Made by a program: the position numbers and the translations under genes. Of a DNA stretch of 63,836 bases, positions 8,331 through 18,716 are shown in pieces (the first letter of the stretch is position 1; each line of letters starts with the position of its first letter). Below the pieces are notes generated by a model that saw only the letters and a list, made by a program, of their open reading frames with translations, made no database searches and was not told the origin of the DNA. The DNA lies in the IMG/VR virus record IMGVR_UViG_3300032285_000409, positions 1 to 63,836 of that record; one strand, written 5' to 3'. The stretch comes from a virus (taxonomy: Duplodnaviria > Caudoviricetes).

Positions 8331-11300
8331 CAATCAAGTTGAAGCGTTTCAAGAAACGGTCAGCCGTGTCTTGTTTGGCCTTCTCCAACTCCTCCCTGCG
8401 CACTGCTTTTTGAGCGGCTGTAAGGTCGTTGCGGGATTCGAGCCTGCGCATGTCAAGGTTGATGCGCCCAATTGCCTGCTGGTACTGGCCTGCTGCTTGC
8501 GCAGACTGTATCTCAGCGCGGTGGCGTTCAAAAAACTCTTTGGCTTCGTCGGGGCGACCTTCTTTGCGCATGCTGTTGTACGTGTTACGAGCTTGCTCAG
8601 ACGCTTTGGCCAGTCGGTACATGGTGTCGGAATCAGCGCCGCCGTAAGTTTTCTGGAACATACCGCCAAAGAACGGCAGATCAGACGCACGCATCTCAGG
8701 AGCCTCGCCCTTGCCTGCTGGAGCAAAAAGCTGGTTGGCTGCGGCAAACGCCGCCAACGGCCCAACACCCAGATACGCTCGGGTAAGGTGCTCAATCTGA
8801 ACAGGGGACAGCAGCGGAAGGGCTTTGCTCAACTGCTTGGCAAACTCAGTGGTGTTTGAGTTGTACCGTTGCGTAATGTCCAAGTTCTCCATACGCGCAG
8901 ACTCGATGGGTGCACCGCTGAATGTGTTCTTGTTCATCCAGACTTCGTAGACAGGCTTAACCATCTGCGGCAACCCGCTCGATGACCAGCCGGGTATGGA
9001 CTGCAAGAACATATTGCGCACAGCTTCCCACTGCTCTTGGGTGTTGGTCTCTGCCTTCATGGCGTCCACTGCCGCTACTGCCAGCGAGAAGAAGTAACCC
9101 GCCTCGAACGGTGTAGGAATCTTGACGGGTTCATCAACCCCCGGCAAGTGCAGGAAGAAGTTGGTGTACTTGTCCCGAGGACGTGCGTTCTTGAACGTCT
9201 TGTCGTCGTCCATCGCCATCGCATAGAGCAAACCCGTACCAAACAAAAACACGGCGTTGTTGAAGAACTTGCGCTTGATGTCGAGTTGTTCTTGGTACGG
9301 CATCTGGCCTTTGGCGGCTTTGTACAGCACGTTCAAGCCCTGAATCTGCGCGTTCAAGAACGGGATCAGGCGGTTGCCGTACTGCACTACAGGGTTCAAA
9401 CCGCGCTTGTAAAAGTTCATGGACTCCATCGTCATCATGTCTGCCTGAACCTCAGACAAACCGTTGGCAATAGCGTTTTCGTACACAAGCACGCGGGTAC
9501 TAGCATCGGCACGCATTGCCGCCTTGTCCATCGCCGCAAACACTTTGTTCAGCGTTGACTGGTCACGCTCGTCTGCCATTTGCAGCGCAATCTTTGACAC
9601 GTCGTCAGCATCCCCTGTAAAGATACCGCTTTGAATCAAACCTTTTTCAATCAACTTAGCAGCCGTGGCGCTGCTGCCTTGGTACTGGCGAATAAACTCA
9701 CGCCCAGCTTTGGCAACTGCCCGCAGCGGGCCGTAATTCAAACCGGCAGTGAACGAAGATGCCATTGGGTCACGAATCAACTGGCGCAAGATGTAGGGAG
9801 GCATGCGGGTAACACCCGAGCGCAGCACATCAGAGAACGCACTAGCCATTTTCAAGAACGCAGGCAGCGGCAAGTGTGCGCCTTCCATGCTCTTAACCAC
9901 CAGTTCAGCGGGCACACCTTCAGCCAACGTGCCTTTGGTGTCGATCTCAATCCAACGCTTGCCGTTGTCCTTGGGGTCGTTTAAATCAGGCTCACTGTTG
10001 AAACGGAACACTTTGTTACTGGCAGGGCCATCACCTTTGCGAATAGCCATCTTGTCACCGGGCTTGCCGGTAATCGTGTTGACCTCACCTTTGCCTTTAC
10101 CCATTGCCTGCAAACCGTAAGCCACAGACTTCTTGGCCATGTTCGTCAGCGCCATATCTGTCAGCAGCAACGTGTTGCGATACAGCGACTCGTTCAGGGG
10201 CATGAGCTTTTCTTCGCCACCTTTGAGTGCGTTGAGATACGGTTGGTTTTTGATGTCGCCAATGCTGACAGACACATCGTCCGAGAAAACCAACTCAGCC
10301 ATACCGTTATCACGCACGCGGTAGAAAGGCACATAGTCGCCCTCACGCAACAACTTGGCAGCCAACGCTTTGGGGATAGCGCCGGACTCAGCCGCAAAGT
10401 TAATAAGCCCCTCGTTGTATGCGTTGTACTTATTGCGGACGTTTTCAAGCGCAGCTTTGAGCGCAGGGTCAGCGTTAACTTGGTTCATCACGGCCTGAAG
10501 TTCTTCTTCAGTCACGCCCAAAGCACCTGTATCAAGACGCGATACACCCTTGTTCAACGCACGGTGTGCAGCCAAATACGAGGTAGCAAGGTTGACTTTG
10601 GCCTGTGGCGTATCTCTAGGAACGTCAGCTATGGCTTTCAGCACATCTTTGCCGGAGTTTTTGTTGGTGCTGCGAACACCGTAAAAACCTTTTTCGTCTT
10701 TGTAAAACTCCAACGGCCCACTGTTCATCACCGTAAATACCTGCGGCAATTTTTGGTCAGCTTTCAGTACGTTGTACATTGCCTGCTCAAACAGCCTGTC
10801 ATCCCCATGTTTGAGAACTTCGCGCAATCCAGCACGCATATCCACGCCCTGCATTTCAGCTTCGAGGGCTACGTTGTTACCCATGCGCTCTTTAAAGGTC
10901 TTGGGCTGGGCAATGATTTTTCCAGCCAGAGCGTCGAGCGGCGATGCCGCCTGTGCAGCCGATGCTGCTGCAACGGGGGCGCTGATCTTTTTGGATGGCA
11001 GGTATAGCTGCTCAACCAGCTTGCTGGCTTGTTCGCTGGTGGTCTTGATACCAACCAAACGCATCAAAGCAGAGAACATGCGCAAGTACCAAGGCTTCTT
11101 GTCCAATAGAGCACGGAACTCGGCATTGGATTGCACCTCAGACACAAACTCTTTCAAGTTCTTGCGGGCATACTGGCCTTCAAACTTGGGGTCTTTCTGC
11201 ACTTGTGCGTGCATGGCAGCAAGCTCTTGCTTGGCCTTGCGCTGGTCAGGCGTCAACTCAGCATCTGGCATCTCCAACGCACGCATGGTGGCAGCGTGGG

Positions 11301-14300
11301 TCACTTCGTGGATGATGTCTTCTTCCGACAGTTCTGCCGGACGGAAGATAACCGTGTTGGTGCGTGGGTCGTACGCCGCAGGGATAGGTTCGCCTTTGTC
11401 CGTCAGGTTAGGATCAAACGCTACCTTGGTGCGCAGAACAAACGGGCGCAGTGCTTCGGCGTTTTTGCGAATCAACGGGTTCTCAGAGGCTTTCGACAGG
11501 CTGTCCAGCGCATCCAACAGACGCCCATCAAGCAAGGCTTCTTCGGTCGGCAAGTCCACCATCGTGCGGGTAGCTGTGCTGTACTGCACAGGCTCAAGCT
11601 CGTTGTATACGTCGCCAACGGCCTGTTCAGCCCTAGTAACGGGCGCTCCCTCAAGGTCTTGCGTAACCGCTTCGGCAGCTTCTTCTGTAGCCGTAGGCAT
11701 CGTGGCCTTGAGCTTTTCGCGCTCATGCGCCCGCATCATGTCGTCAATACGCTTCTCAATGCGGTCACGAGCATCCACGGCAGCGTCAAAGTCAGACTGT
11801 GCCAAGGCAATACGGGCCGCATCGTTAGCTTGTTCAGCTTCATCCAAACGGGTAGCCGCTGCGCGGATGTCCGCCTGCACTTCACGAAGGTTTTCACGCT
11901 GGGCAATGATGGCCAATGTCGGGCCGCTGCCAAGCAAACGCTCACCTTCAGCCACACGAGCATCAATCTCCGACTTGCTCAAGTTGGTCGTGGCTTCTTT
12001 GTACTTTTCTTCAAGCTCGTCTTTGCGCTTGCCCTTGGCTGCGGACAGTTGTTTTTTCAACGTAGCCAAACTAATGGCGTTGGCGGCATCCACGGAAAGG
12101 TCAAACGTGCGCAGACGAACAGCGCCAACTTGTGTTGGGCGGTTGCCTTTGCCAATTGCTTCACGCGATTCAGGCGTGCCAGTAACAAACTGCGACGGGG
12201 CTTGTTTGCTTGTGCGAACCACCGGGCCTTCACGACGACGCGCACTGCGGGTACCGGGTGCAACGGGTTGCGTAGCCTCACGAGCCACAGCTTCGCCGGG
12301 TTCAATGGGGGTAGTAACTCGTTCGCCAAGCTCTTGCACTTGTTGCACTTGGCGTTCAAAGTCTTGAACACGCAACGTAGCACGGCGCACAGCCACAGGA
12401 TCGCCAGACTTGCGGGCGTCTGCCAGTTCTTTTTCAGCAATACCCAGCATCTTGCGGGCGTTGGTGCTGGCAGCTTGTGCCAGCTTGGCGGTCGTGTCAA
12501 TCTCGCGGCGGACACCGGGCAAACCCAAACCTTCACGAGCACGTTGCAGCGCAGCGCGTTCTGCGGCATCGGATGTCGTAGCCTCTTCTTCTGCCAAAAG
12601 TTTGGCCCTGCGTTCAGCTTGCAACTTCTCAGCCGCATCGTCCAGCTTCTTCTGCATACCCTTCTGGGTGCGCACAAGCTCGTTGATCTTGGCGTTGAGC
12701 GCAGGCATTTGAGCCGTCAACCCCGCCAACTTCTCGCCTTCTTGAATCAGCGTCTGGCGTAAGTCGTTGCCAAAAGTCTTAAGCAACGTAAGCTGCTCGG
12801 CTCGGGCAACCATGTACTTCTGCTGCGTCTCACGATGCTCACCGCTCAAGAAGTCAGAGTACTTATCAAACGCCTGATCTATCTTGAACTGCGCGTTAGA
12901 AAGTTTGGCCGCAGTAGTACCGGTATAGGGCGCGGCATAGATAGCGTCATGTTTGGCTTGTGCGTCTTGCACAGCTTGATAGAGTTTGCTGACCTCTGTC
13001 TCGGCAAACGTAATGTCCGCAGCCGCTTCTACCACCTTCTTGTTGGTGTCGGTGATGAGGGCGTTGAACTTGTCAGGCGCAACATCTTTGTACGCCTTCT
13101 CAACATTCTTGAAGTTGTCTGCCACTTCGGGATGCGCGGCATCCAAAGCCGTGCGTAGCTTAGACAGTTCTTCATCGGTAGCCGTAGCCACGTTCTCTGG
13201 ATACACTTGTTTGAGCGTACCTTCCAATTGTTTGTACCGTTCCGACGCCTTGGCAATTTCTTTCTGCAAATTGTTGCGCTTGGTCTCGGTGCTTTCTGCC
13301 AACGAACCCAAGTCTCTTACGGGTTGCGCAAAAGTTTTCTGTGCCTCTACGACAGCGGTGTGTGCTTTTTCAACCTTGTTTGTGGGCGACAGCGTTTGTT
13401 TTGTCTTAGCAACCGGTTTGAGACCCCAGCTTGACAGCTTTTTAGGTTCAGTGCGGACGTTGCCATAAACATTTTTGTAACCCTTACCTTCGGTAAGACG
13501 CTTTGCTTCGGCTGTGCCGGGCGCTTCTCCGGCAATAACTGCCTGTTGCTGCTCGTACGCACGCGCACGCGATTCCAGCTTATTAATTTCAGCTTGCACT
13601 TTTTCTTGTTGGACAAGCGTCTGCTGCAACGCGGCTCGAACTGCTTTTACGTTCTTGCCTTTTACTAAGTTGTTGAACTTTTTGATGTCTCGTTCAAGCT
13701 GCTGGTAGTACGCTTTGTCCGCAGGCGTTTCTTGCTTTTTCTGCGGGTGCTGTACGCTCAAAATTTTGATTAGCTCGGGTGCCATGCCAGCGGTCTGATC
13801 GGTTTCAACCCGATGGATGTCAAGCTCTTCTTGTTTCTGAACGGCAACCTGTCGCAAGTACCTTGTAGGGTCACCCGCTTGGTCAGCAATAGCGCGGCGC
13901 AGGCTCTCTTCTTCGTTGCGCAAGTTCACCAGTTTTGTGAGCGCCGTTTTCAAAGCCGCTTCTTCTACAGGACGAACACCAGCTTTGCGTTCAAACCCGG
14001 GCAATGTGCGTTGCTTACGTGAAACTTCTTCTTGCTGGCGATCAGCTTCGCGCTGCGCTGCAAAGGCGTCGTAGCGTTCACTGACTTTGCCGGACACGCG
14101 TTCCAGTTCTTTTTCAGTGCGCTCGATTTCGTCTTCAATGTTGCGCAGGCTGGGTGTGTCTTTGGAATACTTGTCCACCAAAGCCTGAAGCTGTGGCGTT
14201 TGTGCAATCTGCTGGCGACGTGTCAGGTCTTGTTTGATCTGGTCACGGCGGTCGTACAAGTCTTTGAGGTCTGCACGGATGCTGTTGGCTTCGCCTCGAA

Positions 14301-17001
14301 CTTCTTCCAACGGGCCAAACAAGTCGGTTTGTTCTTCGGCACGGGCACGGGGCTGCGCCAAATCGGATGCGCGGTTGTACGTTGCACGAATGTTGGCAAT
14401 GTCACGCTGCAAAAACTCACGCAGTTCTTTCAGGGCACTAAGCTCCAGAACTTTTTCTTTGTCCGTGGGACGGCCAGCTTTTTGAATGCGCTCGTTAAGT
14501 TCTTCAAGATTCTCTTGGGCACCGCGCAGCTTTGTCAGTTGTTCTTGCGCTGCCTCAATAGGCGACAACTGTGCAGCAGTCGGAGCGGGTGCTTGTCGGA
14601 CAGGGCGCTTCTCACCAGCACGCACAATGCGGCTGGGTGCTTCCGTTGGCTGAACGGCACGGGGCAACAAACGGTCAATCAGATCTTCAACACGGGCGTT
14701 AATTAACTGCGTGTTGCTCGGGCCTTCTTCTGCGCGGGTAACACGGGAATACTTTTGCCCAAGCTCAATGCGGCGCTGCACATCATCCAAGGCCGCTTGC
14801 TTGGCCTTCAGTTCCAAGTTTGTGTTGGTCGTATCAGTGCCAGCTTTTTGTTCTGCCTGCGCTTGCTTCTGCAAACCTTTGATCTCATCCTGCAACGAGT
14901 CACGCACGCGCTCCCGATCCATCTGGTACTCAACACTGTCAGGCTTGAGTCGCAGTTTTTGCCAGTCCTGATTGTGGTTGTGGGACATGGTGAGCGTTGT
15001 GCCTTTGCGCACCACCTTGGTGACATCAAAGTTTTTGAGCAAGTCTCGGGCTTGCTGCAAGTCACGCTCTTTGCGGGCTTGTTTAACAGCCGTTGAACCA
15101 AACTCAGGTTCTTTGTAGGCGGCAATCTTTTGCAAACCAGCCACTTCGTTGCGCACTTTTTCACGCGCTTGGCGGGAATCTGCAATAGCGTTGGCAATCT
15201 CAGCATCACGTTGCGCCATCTGGGCTTGTGTGTCGGCTGAAAAAAAGTCGGGCTGACGCTCTAGTTCTTTCAGTTGCACCAGTTTTGAACGCAGCTTGGC
15301 GGCATCTTCTGGTTGTGACACCCCGAGTTCTTGCAGTTTGGCAATTTCATTGCGCAGCTTGTTAGCATCGGCCTTGGGCGCGGCAACGGTTGTCTTTGCC
15401 ACAAACGGTTCAAACTTTGCCAGTTCTTGTTGGGCGTTAGAGTAGCGGTCAAAAGAGTCCAGCGCCGCTTGCATCTCGTCCGGCGTTTTGGCATCAGCAA
15501 GGTTCTGCTGCGCTTGCTCAACATACTGGTTCAAACGGGCGTTTGTTGCGGCGTAATCTTCTTGCGACGGCACCAGTTTGCTGATTGACTGCTCCAAGTC
15601 GTACCGCTGGTTGGTCAGAATCTGACGCTCTTGCGGTGTTGTGGCAGCTTTGATCTTGGCATCCAACTCACCCGCTTGATCTGCCAACCGTTGCACTTGC
15701 GCCATAGGCGTCAGGTCTTGGACTTCAGGCGCACCAAACAAATCTTGCTGGGCACCGGGCTGTTTCATGATCTCAGCACGGCGGGCGTCTTCTACTTGCT
15801 GCGCTTCCTGCGCCTGTATTTGTGGCAGCACGGAGCGGTAGTTTGCTACTGCTTCACTGAACTCAGGGGATGCTTTGAGTTGGGACAGCTTTTGGCGGGC
15901 CTCCCGCACATCTGCTTGCGCAGCAAAATCGTTTTTGGCAGGCTTTACGTCTGCCTGTTTTTGCAACTCTTCAATCTGCTTTTGCAAATCGTCGTAAGTA
16001 GTTTTAGCCTGCGTCACAAACTCAGGGGTTTGTTTGAAGGCTTCTTTCTCAGCGGCTTGTTGATCAGCCAACTGCTGCGCCTGTTGATCTGCGGCAACCC
16101 TAGCTTGTTTGGCAACGGCAGCTTCCTGTCCAGCTTGTTTGCTGCGCTCCACGTAACGACCGGCAGGGGCCAGCGCACCGCCAAGGACGGCACCGCCTAT
16201 CAAACTGTCCCAGTACTCGTTGCGGGCTTTTTCGTCGGTCAGGTTCAAACCTGCCTGCATGCGCTCAAGAACCTGTTGTCCGGCTTCCGTCAGGCCTTCA
16301 GCCCCCATAGCCGTACCGGTGGCTTTGGCGTAGTCCGTTGCCACTTTGGACAAGGCTTGCTTGGCAATTTGTTCTGCGCCTGCGTCGGTGACTTGTTTGC
16401 CCGCAGCACCCATGATGCCCCGAATACCCGGAAGCATTTTGAAGCTGACAATATCAAGGGCTGCTTGAGGAACCGCCGCCAGAGCAGCAGAACCAAGCTC
16501 GGTCTGCCCGAGCTTTTTGCCCTCTTCCATTTGACGCGATATGTTGGAGCCGGTGAACTGCGCAGCAGAAGCCAAACCAGCCAAACCCAAACCAGCCGCA
16601 CCGGGGGCTAAACCCGCAACAACGGGCGCTGCCATGTACGGCAGTGAGCCACCCAACAGTTCTTTGACTTTTGTGAAAGGCGCTTCACCAAAGGTTTCAG
16701 TGGGCTTGAAGGTTTTCTTTTTGTACTCTTCTTGCTCTTGGATGTACTTTTCGGCAGCAGCCTCATCCATCAAGCCAGTACGTCCGGCAAGCGCGGCAAC
16801 GTCGCCTTTAAGTCCGGCAATGCCTGCTTTGAGGGCTGGTGTAAACCCTGACTGGGGTTGTTGCGCTGGGGCAGTTTCTTCTTTCTGCAACCCAAACGCG
16901 TCAGGGTACATGCGCTTGGCACGCTCCCAAGTGTCTTCGGGAGTTTCCCCCTCGCGGATCGTTACTGTGGAACCGTCTGGAAGCGGAAGTGCTTTTGCCA
17001 T
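8317..17001 (-). CDS. Large polyvalent virion/ejection protein (HEXXH peptidase domain; LPD38-like C-terminus)
   Basis: 2894 aa, long coiled coils, IIHEVTHAAT, C-terminal PFLNAQIQG / KIPTPFEAG; last gene of the ejection block. Confidence 0.7.
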   Translation of the reverse strand: MAKALPLPDGSTVTIREGETPEDTWERAKRMYPDAFGLQKEETAPAQQPQSGFTPALKAGIAGLKGDVAALAGRTGLMDEAAAEKYIQEQEEYKKKTFKPTETFGEAPFTKVKELLGGSLPYMAAPVVAGLAPGAAGLGLAGLASAAQFTGSNISRQMEEGKKLGQTELGSAALAAVPQAALDIVSFKMLPGIRGIMGAAGKQVTDAGAEQIAKQALSKVATDYAKATGTAMGAEGLTEAGQQVLERMQAGLNLTDEKARNEYWDSLIGGAVLGGALAPAGRYVERSKQAGQEAAVAKQARVAADQQAQQLADQQAAEKEAFKQTPEFVTQAKTTYDDLQKQIEELQKQADVKPAKNDFAAQADVREARQKLSQLKASPEFSEAVANYRSVLPQIQAQEAQQVEDARRAEIMKQPGAQQDLFGAPEVQDLTPMAQVQRLADQAGELDAKIKAATTPQERQILTNQRYDLEQSISKLVPSQEDYAATNARLNQYVEQAQQNLADAKTPDEMQAALDSFDRYSNAQQELAKFEPFVAKTTVAAPKADANKLRNEIAKLQELGVSQPEDAAKLRSKLVQLKELERQPDFFSADTQAQMAQRDAEIANAIADSRQAREKVRNEVAGLQKIAAYKEPEFGSTAVKQARKERDLQQARDLLKNFDVTKVVRKGTTLTMSHNHNQDWQKLRLKPDSVEYQMDRERVRDSLQDEIKGLQKQAQAEQKAGTDTTNTNLELKAKQAALDDVQRRIELGQKYSRVTRAEEGPSNTQLINARVEDLIDRLLPRAVQPTEAPSRIVRAGEKRPVRQAPAPTAAQLSPIEAAQEQLTKLRGAQENLEELNERIQKAGRPTDKEKVLELSALKELREFLQRDIANIRATYNRASDLAQPRARAEEQTDLFGPLEEVRGEANSIRADLKDLYDRRDQIKQDLTRRQQIAQTPQLQALVDKYSKDTPSLRNIEDEIERTEKELERVSGKVSERYDAFAAQREADRQQEEVSRKQRTLPGFERKAGVRPVEEAALKTALTKLVNLRNEEESLRRAIADQAGDPTRYLRQVAVQKQEELDIHRVETDQTAGMAPELIKILSVQHPQKKQETPADKAYYQQLERDIKKFNNLVKGKNVKAVRAALQQTLVQQEKVQAEINKLESRARAYEQQQAVIAGEAPGTAEAKRLTEGKGYKNVYGNVRTEPKKLSSWGLKPVAKTKQTLSPTNKVEKAHTAVVEAQKTFAQPVRDLGSLAESTETKRNNLQKEIAKASERYKQLEGTLKQVYPENVATATDEELSKLRTALDAAHPEVADNFKNVEKAYKDVAPDKFNALITDTNKKVVEAAADITFAETEVSKLYQAVQDAQAKHDAIYAAPYTGTTAAKLSNAQFKIDQAFDKYSDFLSGEHRETQQKYMVARAEQLTLLKTFGNDLRQTLIQEGEKLAGLTAQMPALNAKINELVRTQKGMQKKLDDAAEKLQAERRAKLLAEEEATTSDAAERAALQRAREGLGLPGVRREIDTTAKLAQAASTNARKMLGIAEKELADARKSGDPVAVRRATLRVQDFERQVQQVQELGERVTTPIEPGEAVAREATQPVAPGTRSARRREGPVVRTSKQAPSQFVTGTPESREAIGKGNRPTQVGAVRLRTFDLSVDAANAISLATLKKQLSAAKGKRKDELEEKYKEATTNLSKSEIDARVAEGERLLGSGPTLAIIAQRENLREVQADIRAAATRLDEAEQANDAARIALAQSDFDAAVDARDRIEKRIDDMMRAHEREKLKATMPTATEEAAEAVTQDLEGAPVTRAEQAVGDVYNELEPVQYSTATRTMVDLPTEEALLDGRLLDALDSLSKASENPLIRKNAEALRPFVLRTKVAFDPNLTDKGEPIPAAYDPRTNTVIFRPAELSEEDIIHEVTHAATMRALEMPDAELTPDQRKAKQELAAMHAQVQKDPKFEGQYARKNLKEFVSEVQSNAEFRALLDKKPWYLRMFSALMRLVGIKTTSEQASKLVEQLYLPSKKISAPVAAASAAQAASPLDALAGKIIAQPKTFKERMGNNVALEAEMQGVDMRAGLREVLKHGDDRLFEQAMYNVLKADQKLPQVFTVMNSGPLEFYKDEKGFYGVRSTNKNSGKDVLKAIADVPRDTPQAKVNLATSYLAAHRALNKGVSRLDTGALGVTEEELQAVMNQVNADPALKAALENVRNKYNAYNEGLINFAAESGAIPKALAAKLLREGDYVPFYRVRDNGMAELVFSDDVSVSIGDIKNQPYLNALKGGEEKLMPLNESLYRNTLLLTDMALTNMAKKSVAYGLQAMGKGKGEVNTITGKPGDKMAIRKGDGPASNKVFRFNSEPDLNDPKDNGKRWIEIDTKGTLAEGVPAELVVKSMEGAHLPLPAFLKMASAFSDVLRSGVTRMPPYILRQLIRDPMASSFTAGLNYGPLRAVAKAGREFIRQYQGSSATAAKLIEKGLIQSGIFTGDADDVSKIALQMADERDQSTLNKVFAAMDKAAMRADASTRVLVYENAIANGLSEVQADMMTMESMNFYKRGLNPVVQYGNRLIPFLNAQIQGLNVLYKAAKGQMPYQEQLDIKRKFFNNAVFLFGTGLLYAMAMDDDKTFKNARPRDKYTNFFLHLPGVDEPVKIPTPFEAGYFFSLAVAAVDAMKAETNTQEQWEAVRNMFLQSIPGWSSSGLPQMVKPVYEVWMNKNTFSGAPIESARMENLDITQRYNSNTTEFAKQLSKALPLLSPVQIEHLTRAYLGVGPLAAFAAANQLFAPAGKGEAPEMRASDLPFFGGMFQKTYGGADSDTMYRLAKASEQARNTYNSMRKEGRPDEAKEFFERHRAEIQSAQAAGQYQQAIGRINLDMRRLESRNDLTAAQKAVRREELEKAKQDTADRFLKRFNLIANRA

Positions 17002-17050
17002 GTTTTCACCAAATTTTTATGGGTAGCAACGGGCTACCGAACCGTGTAAA

Positions 17051-18709
17051 TTATGGGCGAGATTTGCCCGTAGCGTCAACTGCTGCCGGTGGTTTTGACC
17101 CCAGCATTGAGATTTGTTGTATTTGTTGGTAGTACTGTTGCGGCGTCAACATGTTGCCTGCCGTTGTGTCTTTACCAGCCCATGCTTTAAGGTAGTCTTC
17201 GTACGCCTGCTGCATAGTTTTCTTACCGGCTTGAATCTGCGCAACGACTTCCAGACCGGATTTTAATTTGGCTTGCTCAGTGTTGCCAGTACCCAACATC
17301 ATGGCTGTACGGGCTTCGCCGGGCAACATACCAGCAATGTCTTTTTGGCCCTGCACAGTCATAGCAGTGCGTTTGTTCTGTTGTTCTTGTTCAAACACAG
17401 TTAAACGGTTCTGCGACAGTGTTTTGAATACGTCTGTGGCCTGTTGCTCGTTGAGTTTCCACTTATCAGTCAAAGCAGCAACACCCAACTGTTCAGCTTC
17501 AATTGCTGGTTGTTTAATTCTTTGTTGTGCCGCACGACGTTCTTTGTCGTTCATGGTGTTTTCTGTGCGGCGGTATTCTTCAATGCGCCCAAACGCATCA
17601 TCTAACTTGTCTCGTGCTTCAGCCAAATCTTTAAGACCAGCTTTGTACGACTTCAAGCCCACAGTAGCGCCCGCGCCAATATTTTGCAGTGCGTATGGGG
17701 AAGACCCGCCCATGATCGCAAGTCCGGCTTCAATCAAAGCCATTGGCCCGGTTTGAGATTCTTCTTTACCAAGACGTGTTTCGCGCTCTTTCAGTCGCGC
17801 TTCACGGTCTGTAAACGCTTCACCGCGTTTGGCAATATCCGCTTCGAGTTGTGCCAAACCTTCTTTTTCCGCAGCTTCTTTGAGGTTGGCAATACGGGCG
17901 TACCCTTCGGTAAGCTGTGTGGGAACCGACATATTTTGCCCAGAAGCAATAGCTTCGCGTTGCTTTATTGCAGCTTCGGGGGTTAAAGCAATATCAGAAA
18001 TACCACCAGTACGGGGAGCCGCAGGAGCCGCAGGAGCCGCAGGGGGTGCGGGCGGGGTTGGGGGAGGCGTTATTTGTTGCGTTTGTTGGTTTGCACTAGC
18101 GCTGGGGCCAGCCGCAGGAGGTGTCTGGCTGGTGTTTGCCGCAGGCGGAAGAGTTATTGCAGGCGCTGGAGCAGCCGCTGGTGCGGGGGTTTGTGCTTTA
18201 TCCGGTGCATAGTTTTTTGCCGCGCCGCGTTTAGGAGCTTTTTTTGCTTCTTCAAACAAACGCCAAAGCAAAGGCATATCTTCTTGCGAACCTTCTTGCG
18301 GAGTTACGCCAAGTTGCGTTGCTCCGGGGCCAAAACCGGGAATTGCATAAGGCGAACCTGCCGAAGGCATCTGAACTAAACCCTGACTCTGATACCGTGG
18401 AACTTCGCCACCCTCATCAAACGCCACGATGCCGCCTGTAGCCATGCCTTGCAGATTTTGAGCCGGAAGCTGACCGATACCCACGTTTTCGGGCATAGGC
18501 TGTGCCATGCCTGCCAGTTCTTGGTCAACAACTTTGGGTTGCTGGGGCGCGTTCATCTGTGCGCCAGTACGGATTTCTTTACGGCGGTTGGCTTCAGACA
18601 AGGCAAGCGACACGATGTACGGGTCGCTCTTGTTCATCTGGGCGTAACGCTGTAATGCCGCGTCAGGCATGCGGGCCATTTGTGCTGTGATCTGGTTGAC
18701 GTTAATCAT
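17051..18709 (-). CDS. Internal virion (ejection) protein
   Basis: Helical, Pro/Ala linker, tandem MATGG/FDEGG motifs; position in the ejection block. Confidence 0.6.
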   Translation of the reverse strand: MINVNQITAQMARMPDAALQRYAQMNKSDPYIVSLALSEANRRKEIRTGAQMNAPQQPKVVDQELAGMAQPMPENVGIGQLPAQNLQGMATGGIVAFDEGGEVPRYQSQGLVQMPSAGSPYAIPGFGPGATQLGVTPQEGSQEDMPLLWRLFEEAKKAPKRGAAKNYAPDKAQTPAPAAAPAPAITLPPAANTSQTPPAAGPSASANQQTQQITPPPTPPAPPAAPAAPAAPRTGGISDIALTPEAAIKQREAIASGQNMSVPTQLTEGYARIANLKEAAEKEGLAQLEADIAKRGEAFTDREARLKERETRLGKEESQTGPMALIEAGLAIMGGSSPYALQNIGAGATVGLKSYKAGLKDLAEARDKLDDAFGRIEEYRRTENTMNDKERRAAQQRIKQPAIEAEQLGVAALTDKWKLNEQQATDVFKTLSQNRLTVFEQEQQNKRTAMTVQGQKDIAGMLPGEARTAMMLGTGNTEQAKLKSGLEVVAQIQAGKKTMQQAYEDYLKAWAGKDTTAGNMLTPQQYYQQIQQISMLGSKPPAAVDATGKSRP

Positions 18710-18716
18710 GTTTGCC

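Noticed and set aside
9037-17026. Long + strand ORFs (up to 543 aa) opposite the 2894-aa gene
   Set aside because: Antisense shadows caused by codon bias; no recognisable motifs
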